The position numbers were made by a program, and so were the translations under genes. The notes under the pieces are model-generated. The model made no database searches, was not told where the DNA came from, and worked only from the letters and a program-made list of their open reading frames with translations. A DNA stretch of 64,000 bases from a virus (lineage: Duplodnaviria; Caudoviricetes), in the IMG/VR virus record IMGVR_UViG_3300037067_015039, positions 45,213 to 109,212 of that record; one strand, written 5' to 3'. Of the stretch, positions 20,808-29,330 are shown piece by piece (the first letter of the stretch is position 1; each line of letters begins with the position of its first letter).

Positions 20808-21782
20808 TTAAGCGGAATAATCCTTTAAAGTATCGTATGCCTTAACATTGTAGGATATTTTCCTTTTAAGTTGTTCCACTCTTTCCAGTACCTCATCAGG
20901 AGTGTTATAGGTCTTTAGCCTGGTAGGATCTTCTAGGGTTTTGTCATTAGGGTTTGGTCCGCAGTACTTCTCATAAATATCATTTGCAATTGCGTCTGCC
21001 TGGGCGGTTGCTTCCTCCTGGTCTTGAGGTTTTGGTTCTTTGGTTTCTTCTGGGAGAAGCTGATAGGCGTCTTGGATTTCTGGATCGGGTATGATAGCGA
21101 TAGCCTGTCTCGGTTCCTTTGGTTCCCATGGCAGGTTAGCCATGACCTTTTGCGAGTCTATGATTACGGGATGTGTTTCGATTTCCCTTTCGGCACCAGG
21201 CGGCTGTTTCCCTTCGAGCTCCGCTATTTCATCTAATACCGATTGCCTTAGAGAGTTTCGGTTAATGGCTAATTTCCCCTGCCAATGAGGATTCTCGTTT
21301 GGGTTTCGTGCCATGTATGCATCCCTCGCCGGTCTGTATTCCTCTGCATACTTTTTCCTGATCGGAGCATTGGCTGCTTTGAGAGCCCGATATGTGGATC
21401 GGCCCGGATTGAATAGCGCCTGTAATATCGCTGGCCTTTGCGGGATTCCATTTCTCTCTCTCCAGGCGCTGGCTCTTCCCTTTCGGCTGTACTTTACTGT
21501 CCATCGTCCGAATCCTGCAATTGTCGCTACTGCTTGTGTCTCTTCTGGGATATCTCTTATCATTGATTCCAGCCAGGTGGATAATGCCAGGCATACAGCA
21601 TTGATTGCATTTTGCGCTTCCCGGCTGCTCATCCCTGTAATCTCCTGCATCCTGATTGCCATTTGCTCCTTGTTTAGCCTTGCGATTGTCGGTAGTGTTT
21701 TTGCCCTTACCATGCCTTGCGCTCCTTTGTAAACCCGGTTTACTCGATCCTCGATGCTCTCATTTATATATGCGTTATCCAT
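20808..21782 (-). CDS. HU/IHF-like DNA-binding domain with long C-terminal extension
   Basis: LNKEQMA..MQEITGMSSREAQNAINAV...TIAGFGRWTVK...FNPG. Confidence 0.65.
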   Translation of the reverse strand: MDNAYINESIEDRVNRVYKGAQGMVRAKTLPTIARLNKEQMAIRMQEITGMSSREAQNAINAVCLALSTWLESMIRDIPEETQAVATIAGFGRWTVKYSRKGRASAWRERNGIPQRPAILQALFNPGRSTYRALKAANAPIRKKYAEEYRPARDAYMARNPNENPHWQGKLAINRNSLRQSVLDEIAELEGKQPPGAEREIETHPVIIDSQKVMANLPWEPKEPRQAIAIIPDPEIQDAYQLLPEETKEPKPQDQEEATAQADAIANDIYEKYCGPNPNDKTLEDPTRLKTYNTPDEVLERVEQLKRKISYNVKAYDTLKDYSA

Positions 21783-21831
21783 GGATATTCAATATATTTT
21801 ATTTTTCTTGTGAAATATATTCACTTTTTTC

Positions 21832-21861
21832 TTGACAGTATTTCTCAATTCGTGTTATAAA
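21832..21861 (+). promoter_or_regulatory. sigma70 promoter with extended -10 driving the rightward early-type operon
   Basis: TTGACA-18-TATAAA with TG at the extended position; ATG 7 nt downstream. Confidence 0.65.
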
Positions 21862-21867
21862 AAAGTT

Positions 21868-22116
21868 ATGAGTTCCACCAAATCATCCCGGCTGCAAGGA
21901 ACAATCGAAAGATTAGGATTCAATTGCTACAAGTCTATGGCATGGGAACAGCCCTTTGCTGTCATTGCCCTAGCTAATGGTACGAAGGCTTATTGGTGGT
22001 TTACCGATGAAGAATTATTTAACTCTCTTCGCATCGGTCAGGAAATTACCGCCTTTGTTTATCCCTCTGATTATTATGGACAAACTTGCAGACGTGTTAA
22101 AAGGATAATCCCATGA
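21868..22116 (+). CDS. hypothetical protein (probably leaderless mRNA)
   Basis: ATG sits at the predicted +1; no SD sequence. Confidence 0.55.
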   Translation: MSSTKSSRLQGTIERLGFNCYKSMAWEQPFAVIALANGTKAYWWFTDEELFNSLRIGQEITAFVYPSDYYGQTCRRVKRIIP

Positions 22117-22337
22117 AATACGGAATCTTCGTAATGGTAAGAGTTTTACCACTTGCATCAACTGAATTTGATTATCTCTCGGAACAAGTTTCCATCCGTA
22201 CCAATAAGCGGGAAGCTCTCTCCTGGGTTCGTGAGCTTTCCGCTTCTCATCCCGATTATAGATATTATGTGAAAACTGGTGGCAATATTATTGCCTCTGC
22301 TAAATCCGGCCGTGTTTCCCATTTTACCCAATATTGA
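22113..22337 (+). CDS. hypothetical protein
   Basis: ATGA coupling. Confidence 0.55.
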   Translation: MKYGIFVMVRVLPLASTEFDYLSEQVSIRTNKREALSWVRELSASHPDYRYYVKTGGNIIASAKSGRVSHFTQY

Positions 22338-22347
22338 GAGGATCAAT

Positions 22348-22734
22348 ATGTATACCTGGATTGTCTTACAACAAGATTTTTTGGTCCGATCTTGCGGTTT
22401 TTGTGGCTTTAAATATTTTGCTTCCTGTCCTTCTATGAGAGAACACCTCGGCTACCTTATGGGAATGTGTGAGGATTTTTACAAGGATGCTGATCCTATT
22501 CCTCAGCTTAGCCTTTATGACAATTTGAAAATACATGGGATCAATACCGATCATCACGAAAGCGATCTGTATTTTCCTCTTACCGTCCAAACTACTGCAA
22601 TTCTGGAGCAATATCCTGTCCATAGCCACAATGCGACAATTTTTACTCATGTAGAATATGGGTTTCCCTGGTACGACGTTCCCTTTGCTTTCACTCCCTG
22701 GTGGGAAAATAAACAACGGAGATTAATCCTATGA
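22348..22734 (+). CDS. hypothetical protein
   Basis: GAGG RBS before MYTWIV; coupled to the next gene. Confidence 0.5.
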   Translation: MYTWIVLQQDFLVRSCGFCGFKYFASCPSMREHLGYLMGMCEDFYKDADPIPQLSLYDNLKIHGINTDHHESDLYFPLTVQTTAILEQYPVHSHNATIFTHVEYGFPWYDVPFAFTPWWENKQRRLIL

Positions 22735-22993
22735 CTACATATCTGAAGGACAATCCGATGAAAACAGCAAAATCAATTCGCCCGAAAACCTTCAATATTA
22801 CAAACCGTTTTGGGATTACTACAAATGATTTTTTTGTTCTTAATCCCGATGATAATGTTCCTCAAGTTTATTATAACGTAGGCTCACGTCAAAAGTTTTT
22901 TATGAGCTTATACCAGTTTTCGGAACTGCTAGATGCTCAGGACATCCACATTACTTGTGAAAATTCCATACTCGCAGAAAACCGGAGATAAAT

Positions 22994-23389
22994 ATGCCCA
23001 CATATCTGCAAGAAGCTTTCAATCAAATCTGTAAAGAATCGGTTAAACCTCAAGGTTTTTATGTTTCCCTTATGGAAAATGTTCCGTTCTATGGTGGCCC
23101 AGAAGAAGGTGGTTGGTGGGGTCATGATACACGGATTGTGGCTTATCAGCGTTTCCCAAGCCTGGAGCAAGCTGAAATTGCAAAGGTACAAGTGGAAGCC
23201 TACGCCGTCGAAATTAACAGCCAGGCTCTCAAAGAATATGGCAATCAATGCATCAGGGAAACGGAATGGTTAGAAGCTCGTGGTCTTGATGATTCATTCT
23301 TTCCCGAGCCAGACGGAGAATCACATTTTTATGTAGTCGTTTCCGAAGGATTGCCAGAAGAAACCACAGGCGATCGACATTACGAATAA
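22994..23389 (+). CDS. conserved hypothetical protein
   Basis: YGGPEEGGWW motif; GGAG RBS. Confidence 0.65.
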   Translation: MPTYLQEAFNQICKESVKPQGFYVSLMENVPFYGGPEEGGWWGHDTRIVAYQRFPSLEQAEIAKVQVEAYAVEINSQALKEYGNQCIRETEWLEARGLDDSFFPEPDGESHFYVVVSEGLPEETTGDRHYE

Positions 23390-23920
23390 GGAGATAATTC
23401 CATGCGTTTTCAAGTTAAATGGTTTGATGTCATAACTCATAAACTTACACAAGCCGAAAACTATGGCAATACTCGCTACATTGAGGCAATTGTAGCGGCA
23501 AAGACAAAATATCCCGAATGCTTCGCCATTCTTTATGATTCTAAGCTTGGCGTCTATCGCGCAATCAATGGCCAGGATGGTATGGCTGTGCATCTTGAAA
23601 GGAGATCTTAACCATGGCAATCGAAGTTAAAGAACTTAGACAATGGAGGATTCTCTAATGCCTCAATATAAATATCCCAATGGCCGAACAATGCACGAAG
23701 CAATCGAAGCTCAAGATTCTTATGCCGTAGATGTCGCCGGCTTCGCTTCTCCTTTCTGGGCTCCTGGTACGTCAGGAACTACTGAAGCAATTCGAGCGTT
23801 TAAATCCATTTTTCCTAATGAACATGGAGATTTTCAACTGCTCCGTGTTTTGAAAGGTTCATCTATCGGCTGTATGTGTTACGAGGAAACCATAACCATT
23901 AAATTTTAAAAGGGGAAACT

Positions 23921-24439
23921 ATGAAGGTTTTAGTCGCCACAAAAAAATGTCAGGGAATGCGATTAAATGATTTTTCCTACACTACCGATGGAGAATTAGT
24001 CCGATATGGTTTTGATTGTGACGGAGAAACAATTGACGGTAGTTGCGGGTGTTTGCGCTCATTGATCGGGTTTGATTCCCTGAAAGGCACTACGACATTT
24101 CGAATTGCCGAACAAGATTTAAGTATGCAGAAGATTACCGGATTGATTCGACAATCGCTTATTAAATCGGGGTACATTTCGAAAACTTTAACCAAAGACG
24201 ATAAAGACATTTTATCGATTACTGTCAAAGAAACCTTAAACTTATGGAAATTATTCGATCCTTACCCAATTGGCGCTGTCCTAGAACGTCGTGGAGATTC
24301 CTTTTCTTCTCGTATACCTGAAACTGGCTTGTGTCCCATTTGCGGAGAGAAAATTAAGCTCATAGGGAAAACAGTGGATGGAAGGCCCATTGGATCATGC
24401 CAGGATGCTTTCACCTTTAAGCAATGGCTTGCTGACTGA
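23921..24439 (+). CDS. conserved Cys-containing hypothetical protein
   Basis: MKVLVAT..QG.R.NDF...GELV...DGSCGC.RS..G..S.KGTTT. Confidence 0.7.
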   Translation: MKVLVATKKCQGMRLNDFSYTTDGELVRYGFDCDGETIDGSCGCLRSLIGFDSLKGTTTFRIAEQDLSMQKITGLIRQSLIKSGYISKTLTKDDKDILSITVKETLNLWKLFDPYPIGAVLERRGDSFSSRIPETGLCPICGEKIKLIGKTVDGRPIGSCQDAFTFKQWLAD

Positions 24440-24512
24440 TTCCGGATTTAATCGAGTAAACCGGGTTTACTCGATTATACCTTGAATCACAAGGGGAAAG
24501 AGAGAACCAACA
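24437..24512 (+). repeat. structured intergenic element copy 1
   Basis: tgattc-cggattt-[hairpin]-atac-cttg-aatca-caag-gggaaagagag. Confidence 0.85.
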
Positions 24513-24971
24513 ATGGAAGCGATTACCATTGGAACAGCAATTAAGGAAGTTCAGATAAAATACATTACACGGCAGAAAATAGGAGAAACGCGAAGAATCT
24601 CCAATAGTAGGGAAGTTTTCGAAATATTTTACCCGATCCTCAATGCTGAACGAGTGGAGGTTTTTATTTGCGTTATGCTCACTACAAAAAATCGGGTATT
24701 AGCCTATGAGGTTGTAAGCCGAGGGAGCCTTAATGAATCTGTTGTCCATCCTCGGGAAGTATTTTCGTCTCCGGTAAGATTACAGGCTGCCGCTGTTCTT
24801 TTCCTGCATAATCATCCATCAGGAGATCCGACGCCAAGCCAAGCAGATCAAGATTGTACGCAGAAGTTAATGGCAAGCGCCAAAACCTTGCAGTTTAGAG
24901 TATTAGACCACATTATTATCGGCGAATCTGATTATTACAGTTTTGCCGATGCTGGCAAGATGCCTTCTTAA
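24513..24971 (+). CDS. RadC-like JAB-domain protein
   Basis: E.F, GSLNESVVHPREVF, HNHPSGDPTPSQAD, LDHIIIG. Confidence 0.92.
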   Translation: MEAITIGTAIKEVQIKYITRQKIGETRRISNSREVFEIFYPILNAERVEVFICVMLTTKNRVLAYEVVSRGSLNESVVHPREVFSSPVRLQAAAVLFLHNHPSGDPTPSQADQDCTQKLMASAKTLQFRVLDHIIIGESDYYSFADAGKMPS

Positions 24972-25043
24972 TTCTGGATTTCGTCTGCTAATAATCCCAT
25001 TGGCGGACGATACCTTGAATTAATCAAGGGGAAAGAGAAAACC
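24969..25043 (+). repeat. structured intergenic element copy 2
   Basis: taattc-tggattt-[cgtctgctaat/attggcggacg]-atac-cttga-attaa-tcaag-gggaaagag. Confidence 0.85.
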
Positions 25044-25481
25044 ATGAAAATACTCAAATCTGCTCTCGTGAAGAACATTGAAGCTTTTCGGGCTGACAAG
25101 CTGAAAGAATTAGGAAAAGCGGAGAAGGAAAAAGACCATTACTTAAAGCTTTTAGCCCGGTGGGAAACAGACCGGCGGGATTGTGCTCTTAATCTCATTG
25201 CCAAGAACTCCGAAAAACTATACGTCGATTTCGGGCACGTCTGGCAGGAAAAAGGCATGACAGAAATTACCGTCAAGCTGAAAATTACAACGGCAACAAT
25301 ACCGCTACCATTGCGGAATGAGCTTCGACATCCTACCGATGTAGACAAGCTTTTAGACCAGATTAAATCAGCAGAGGAGCAACTGGCTCTCCTGAAAATG
25401 TGTCCCGAAGAAATGATTGTAATCAATTCAAAGCTTGATCGGGATGCAATACAGCCCTACATCAATTATCAGGCCCATTAA
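25044..25481 (+). CDS. hypothetical protein
   Basis: Bounded exactly by elements 2 and 3. Confidence 0.7.
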   Translation: MKILKSALVKNIEAFRADKLKELGKAEKEKDHYLKLLARWETDRRDCALNLIAKNSEKLYVDFGHVWQEKGMTEITVKLKITTATIPLPLRNELRHPTDVDKLLDQIKSAEEQLALLKMCPEEMIVINSKLDRDAIQPYINYQAH

Positions 25482-25557
25482 TCGGCGATTTCGCAGGCCA
25501 GGCTTTTGCTTGGCCTCCGATACCGCTAATTATGCGGGGAAAGAGAGAACTAACATT
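25479..25557 (+). repeat. structured intergenic element copy 3
   Basis: taatcggcgattt-[hairpin]-atac-cgc-taattat-gcg-gggaaagagag. Confidence 0.85.
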
Positions 25558-26013
25558 ATGGCATTAGTAAATTTAAGGACCAGCGCACGATCAAAAGACC
25601 GGCTTTTCTATTATCGAAATCCTATAGGCCAAACCATCAAGATCGAGGTTTATTATACCAAGGGCGGCACAAGCATATTTACCTCAAGGCAAATATCACG
25701 TGGCGTCTTTGTGTCAATCACTCCGGTAAAAGTGGAGTTATCTGAATCGGGGTTTTCCTCAGAATCATTCCTTGTGTTTTCCGGCGGGAAAGCACTATTG
25801 TGCGAACTCAAACGCTTTAGCCTGAATACCCTTCTGGAAGTGGGCGCTAAAATTGATGCAATCCTACCAAAGGTTGCAGCAAACCTTAGCCATGAAGCGA
25901 CAAATAATGATTTTGCCGCTTCTGCAAAATACATTCGCGATTGCTTCCAAAATCCGGCGCTCATAGAAACCGAACCACCAAAGCCAGAAATAAAGGAGGT
26001 TTTAAATGGATAA
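25558..26013 (+). CDS. hypothetical protein
   Basis: Start moved to MALVNL, directly after element 3. Confidence 0.65.
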   Translation: MALVNLRTSARSKDRLFYYRNPIGQTIKIEVYYTKGGTSIFTSRQISRGVFVSITPVKVELSESGFSSESFLVFSGGKALLCELKRFSLNTLLEVGAKIDAILPKVAANLSHEATNNDFAASAKYIRDCFQNPALIETEPPKPEIKEVLNG

Positions 26014-26569
26014 GGTTAAAAAGGTAAAGCCTCAATTATATTTGAGTTTTATCCTAAGACAGGACAACGATCTTCCACTTCCTGGGCATGGGGATCAGGC
26101 AATAATCATTGTATCGGTGATTTACAATGATTTCGAACATGGCGGAACTCTTTCTGCTCCTAAATGGAAAAATTATTCCTCCCTGGGCGGCAATCGGCAA
26201 TATGAAAACCTCGAATTGAGAGGGTATCTGTCTCAAGATATTGTTGATGCTTATGGTCATACATTGGCTTATTGGGATTTACACGAGGTTATGTCTAAAC
26301 GTGCCGAGATTATGGCCAAAACCCTCAAAATGATCGAAAAGAAATTCAAATCTTATGACAATTTTGAAGGCTATTATGGCAATTTTGGCGCCATGACAAA
26401 CCGCTTATGCCGAGCAATCGGAGCAGAAGGCATGATCGAATGGCAAGCGCCTTTTTGTAATTATGACGATTGCCCTAATATGAAATGGGAAATCGGGCAA
26501 ATCCCTAATATTGTCAATGGTCGGATTGAAGCTTGGCACACTGCACACCCGTTAAAAGAAAACGCATAG
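26006..26569 (+). CDS. hypothetical protein
   Basis: AAGGAGG RBS; stop codon begins element 4. Confidence 0.7.
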   Translation: MDKVKKVKPQLYLSFILRQDNDLPLPGHGDQAIIIVSVIYNDFEHGGTLSAPKWKNYSSLGGNRQYENLELRGYLSQDIVDAYGHTLAYWDLHEVMSKRAEIMAKTLKMIEKKFKSYDNFEGYYGNFGAMTNRLCRAIGAEGMIEWQAPFCNYDDCPNMKWEIGQIPNIVNGRIEAWHTAHPLKENA

Positions 26570-26642
26570 CTTGGATTTCAAGGCATAAGTTTCTGCTTAT
26601 GCCTTGATACCTTAGCTAATGTAAGGGGAAAGAGAGAAATCA
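26567..26642 (+). repeat. structured intergenic element copy 4
   Basis: tagct-tggattt-[caaggcataag/cttatgccttg]-atac-ctta-gctaatg-taag-gggaaagagag. Confidence 0.85.
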
Positions 26643-26840
26643 ATGCCTAGAGTCTTTGACCTCAGCGAAACGGATATTGTACCGCAGCATCATAAACGCA
26701 ATCGGGCGCCAGGAGGCAAAAGTTTCTGCAATGCTGGCAGGCGGCGCTATCCCTGTCCTACGTGCCATAAACCAAACCAACTAACAGAGCTGGATTCCCT
26801 TGAGGGTTTTCAATGCTCTCATTGTTCGAGGAAACAATAA
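26643..26840 (+). CDS. small Zn-ribbon protein
   Basis: YPCPTC..PNQLT..D...GFQC..C. Confidence 0.65.
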   Translation: MPRVFDLSETDIVPQHHKRNRAPGGKSFCNAGRRRYPCPTCHKPNQLTELDSLEGFQCSHCSRKQ

Positions 26841-26842
26841 CC

Positions 26843-27205
26843 ATGAATCTTGACTGGAATAGAGAACCACAAATGGACGCTGGAAAAAAACCGTCAATCG
26901 AAACCAAAGGCTACACAACAAAGGCTCCACACCTTATGACAAAAGAAGAGAGAAATACTCTTTTCGAATGCCTGGAAACGGAATTGCAATTGCAAAAGCT
27001 TCCGACATCCTATGGATTGCCCCGTATTGCCCATGCTGACGAATTTATGATAATGCACACCACAGAAGAGGGAATCATAGGATTCAAGCACATTTGCACC
27101 CGCAACTATGTTTTCCTGATCCCTTCGGAAAGCCAGAACCGGGAATATGACCTTTACGTTCCTGTATCAAAAGAATATTTCATGAGGGGTCAATTCGACG
27201 AATAA
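26843..27205 (+). CDS. hypothetical protein
   Basis: ATG after GAGG; stop codon begins element 5. Confidence 0.6.
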   Translation: MNLDWNREPQMDAGKKPSIETKGYTTKAPHLMTKEERNTLFECLETELQLQKLPTSYGLPRIAHADEFMIMHTTEEGIIGFKHICTRNYVFLIPSESQNREYDLYVPVSKEYFMRGQFDE

Positions 27206-27280
27206 TCGGCGATTTCGCAGGCCAGGCTTTTGCTTGGCCTGCGATACCGCTAATTATGCGGGGAAAGAGAGCAAACCTTT
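27203..27280 (+). repeat. structured intergenic element copy 5 (68/69 nt identical to copy 3)
   Basis: Direct comparison with 25479-25547. Confidence 0.9.
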
Positions 27281-27475
27281 ATGTTAGAAAATATAATCAC
27301 GAAAATTGACGAACAGAATAATCGGCTCATTATCAGCTTGGCCTTGCAGGCTCCGATTGCTTCGGCAAGTGGAAAAACCCTCGTAGTGGCTTCCACTCGC
27401 GGCAACGTGAAAAGCGGAGTTATGATCAATGGCAAAGAAGTAACAATCGGCTGCAATGCCTACATAAAGCCCTAA
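27281..27475 (+). CDS. small conserved hypothetical protein
   Basis: SASGKTLVVASTRGN...IGCNAY. Confidence 0.7.
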   Translation: MLENIITKIDEQNNRLIISLALQAPIASASGKTLVVASTRGNVKSGVMINGKEVTIGCNAYIKP

Positions 27476-27483
27476 TGAACTCC

Positions 27484-27556
27484 TGAAAGGCGATTTCACG
27501 GGCTGCATCCCTTTGTGGCCCGTGATACCGCTTCTTAGCGGGGAAAGAGAGAAACT
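27484..27556 (+). repeat. structured intergenic element copy 6
   Basis: gaaaggcgattt-[cacgggctgca/tgtggcccgtg]-atac-cgct-tctt-agcg-gggaaagagag. Confidence 0.85.
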
Positions 27557-27814
27557 ATGAGCAAACCAAAAAACGATAAACCAGCATTCGATAATCCAGT
27601 AATCCGGCAGGCATTCAAGAATCTCGTAAATCAAGCAGTGCATCATCAATGCAAAGTTTGGAATACGATCGGAGAAATTGAGGGATTGTTTGGTAAAGAC
27701 ATCAACAATCTCGATGAACTGGTCGTTGACCTTGCAGCAGCTATCGATGACGGTTTGACTGATGACAGCCAGACGCAACTATTTTTTAATCGCCTGAAAT
27801 TCACGGAGGACTAA
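27557..27814 (+). CDS. hypothetical protein
   Basis: Follows element 6. Confidence 0.65.
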   Translation: MSKPKNDKPAFDNPVIRQAFKNLVNQAVHHQCKVWNTIGEIEGLFGKDINNLDELVVDLAAAIDDGLTDDSQTQLFFNRLKFTED

Positions 27815-27818
27815 CCCA

Positions 27819-28724
27819 ATGATGCAAACCTTAACTGACTGGCAGCCGGAAAGAATACCAATAAGCCACCAATTGCCTTCCATGCCGCACGAAGGATGCT
27901 GTCAAATACCGCAAGAATGTGAATCGGGATGGGAACAATTGCCCCGTGCGGAGGAACCTGAGACTGTAGAAAAACTGAAAATCGACAAATCCGAATGTCT
28001 CATTAAAAAAAAGGGCATACTGGCTTATTTCAAAGGGAACGATAAAACCGGCTATATCTGCTATCCGCCATGGATGAAATTATTCGAACCCTATGATCCA
28101 CCGAAATGCCCGGCGCCGCCGATCGATAAGAAGGTGGAAACTACCATCGAGAGGCTAACCAAAAATATTCAGAAGGCTTACGCCAAGTTACTCCCGGAAA
28201 GCCATAATCACAGGCAATGCGATAATTTTATTGGCTCCAGAACGAAAGATTACGAATATGAATGTGTCGCAACTGACACGCATAGAGCTTTACTTGTGCG
28301 GCAAAAGAAGGTCAAGAAAACCGTCAATGGGGTTTGCGTCTGGAGTCTATGGAACGTCAATGAAGTTCCAAATCTTGACGCCCCATCGCTAACCCTGGAG
28401 GATCCTGGCATTTTCCTTGCAATTAAACGCCTTTCAACAATTCTGGAAGATGATAAGTATTTCTTTATTGCTTTGACCTGGAACCATAAGTCAGGCCAAT
28501 TAATTATTTCTGCCGAAAACTCATTTAAGGAAGAAGGGATTGAATCATTTGCCTGTAAAGCTACTTATTCCGGCAGGATTGCGTTAGATCCTCGGTATGT
28601 TCTTCCTGCACTCGGAACCTGGCCATTAGTCATGTATCAGGAAGGGAAAGATAGACCGGCTGTCTTTATGCCGGACACAAAGAAACGTGAATTTATGTAC
28701 GTGCTCATGCCAATGAAACAATAA
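27819..28724 (+). CDS. protein with partial DNA sliding-clamp (DnaN beta)-like C-terminal region
   Basis: VATDTHRA, IALDPRYVLPAL and terminal YVLMPMK resemble beta-clamp motifs. Confidence 0.55.
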   Translation: MMQTLTDWQPERIPISHQLPSMPHEGCCQIPQECESGWEQLPRAEEPETVEKLKIDKSECLIKKKGILAYFKGNDKTGYICYPPWMKLFEPYDPPKCPAPPIDKKVETTIERLTKNIQKAYAKLLPESHNHRQCDNFIGSRTKDYEYECVATDTHRALLVRQKKVKKTVNGVCVWSLWNVNEVPNLDAPSLTLEDPGIFLAIKRLSTILEDDKYFFIALTWNHKSGQLIISAENSFKEEGIESFACKATYSGRIALDPRYVLPALGTWPLVMYQEGKDRPAVFMPDTKKREFMYVLMPMKQ

Positions 28725-28801
28725 GAATCGAGGTCTTGCCGTGTAAACCCGGTTTACATGGCTGGACTCCGCTTCTTAGCGGAGAAAGCAGGCAAACGCT
28801 T
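28722..28801 (+). repeat. structured intergenic element copy 7 (divergent)
   Basis: taagaa...[gccgtgtaaacc/ggtttacatggc]...ccgct-tctt-agcgg-agaaag. Confidence 0.7.
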
Positions 28802-29125
28802 ATGAATATTAAAGGGCTCAAAAAGGAAGCAGTATTGGCAGCTTTATACAATGCCTCAAAACTTCAAGGTATGGGATTTTTACATTACAATCCTAAACCT
28901 ATGACGGAAGCGGAGGCCGCCGAGCTTTTAAAAAGATATGAGGCAAATCCTTATTTCGATTATCTGTATGGTCGCGTCATGAAAATTGAAATCTCGGGCG
29001 ATGAATTGGATACCGGCCTTTATAACCGGGACAATGGCATAGATGCGGCGGAAAAGGTTGATCGATCATATTTGGGACGAAGAGCACAAAGAGAACCAAA
29101 AAGAACTTTTGTCATAAGACTATAA
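28802..29125 (+). CDS. conserved phage hypothetical protein
   Basis: GL.K..VLAALYNAS..QGMGFL...YFDYLYGRVMK...LYNRDNG; start moved to MNIKG. Confidence 0.7.
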   Translation: MNIKGLKKEAVLAALYNASKLQGMGFLHYNPKPMTEAEAAELLKRYEANPYFDYLYGRVMKIEISGDELDTGLYNRDNGIDAAEKVDRSYLGRRAQREPKRTFVIRL

Positions 29126-29330
29126 CCAGTGCTATAACTATATGGGAGAATTATAGACCATGGGCATGAAAGAAAACCTGTTCGAAGAAGACCAGAAACC
29201 AACCAAACGGAAAAGGCCAAATTTTGGGAAAAGATATATACCCAAAAAGAAGACCCCTTTACCCATAAAAGATTATATTGATGCGTTCGGCCAGCGGAAG
29301 GATCGACATGAAGACCAAAAATAAAGGAAT

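Noticed and set aside
24437-28801. CRISPR array or classical integron attC cassettes
   Set aside because: The repeats are separated by whole genes and no cas genes are present. They lack RYYYAAC/GTTRRRY ends, the wobble pairs favour top-strand folding, and the recombinase lacks the IntI insertion.
24437-28801. Intrinsic terminators, promoters or a known ribozyme/riboswitch
   Set aside because: No U-tract after the hairpins on the sense strand and no -35/-10 boxes. Hammerhead (CUGAUGA/GAAA), hairpin loop B and SAM-II cores could not be fitted by eye; an Rfam search is still needed.
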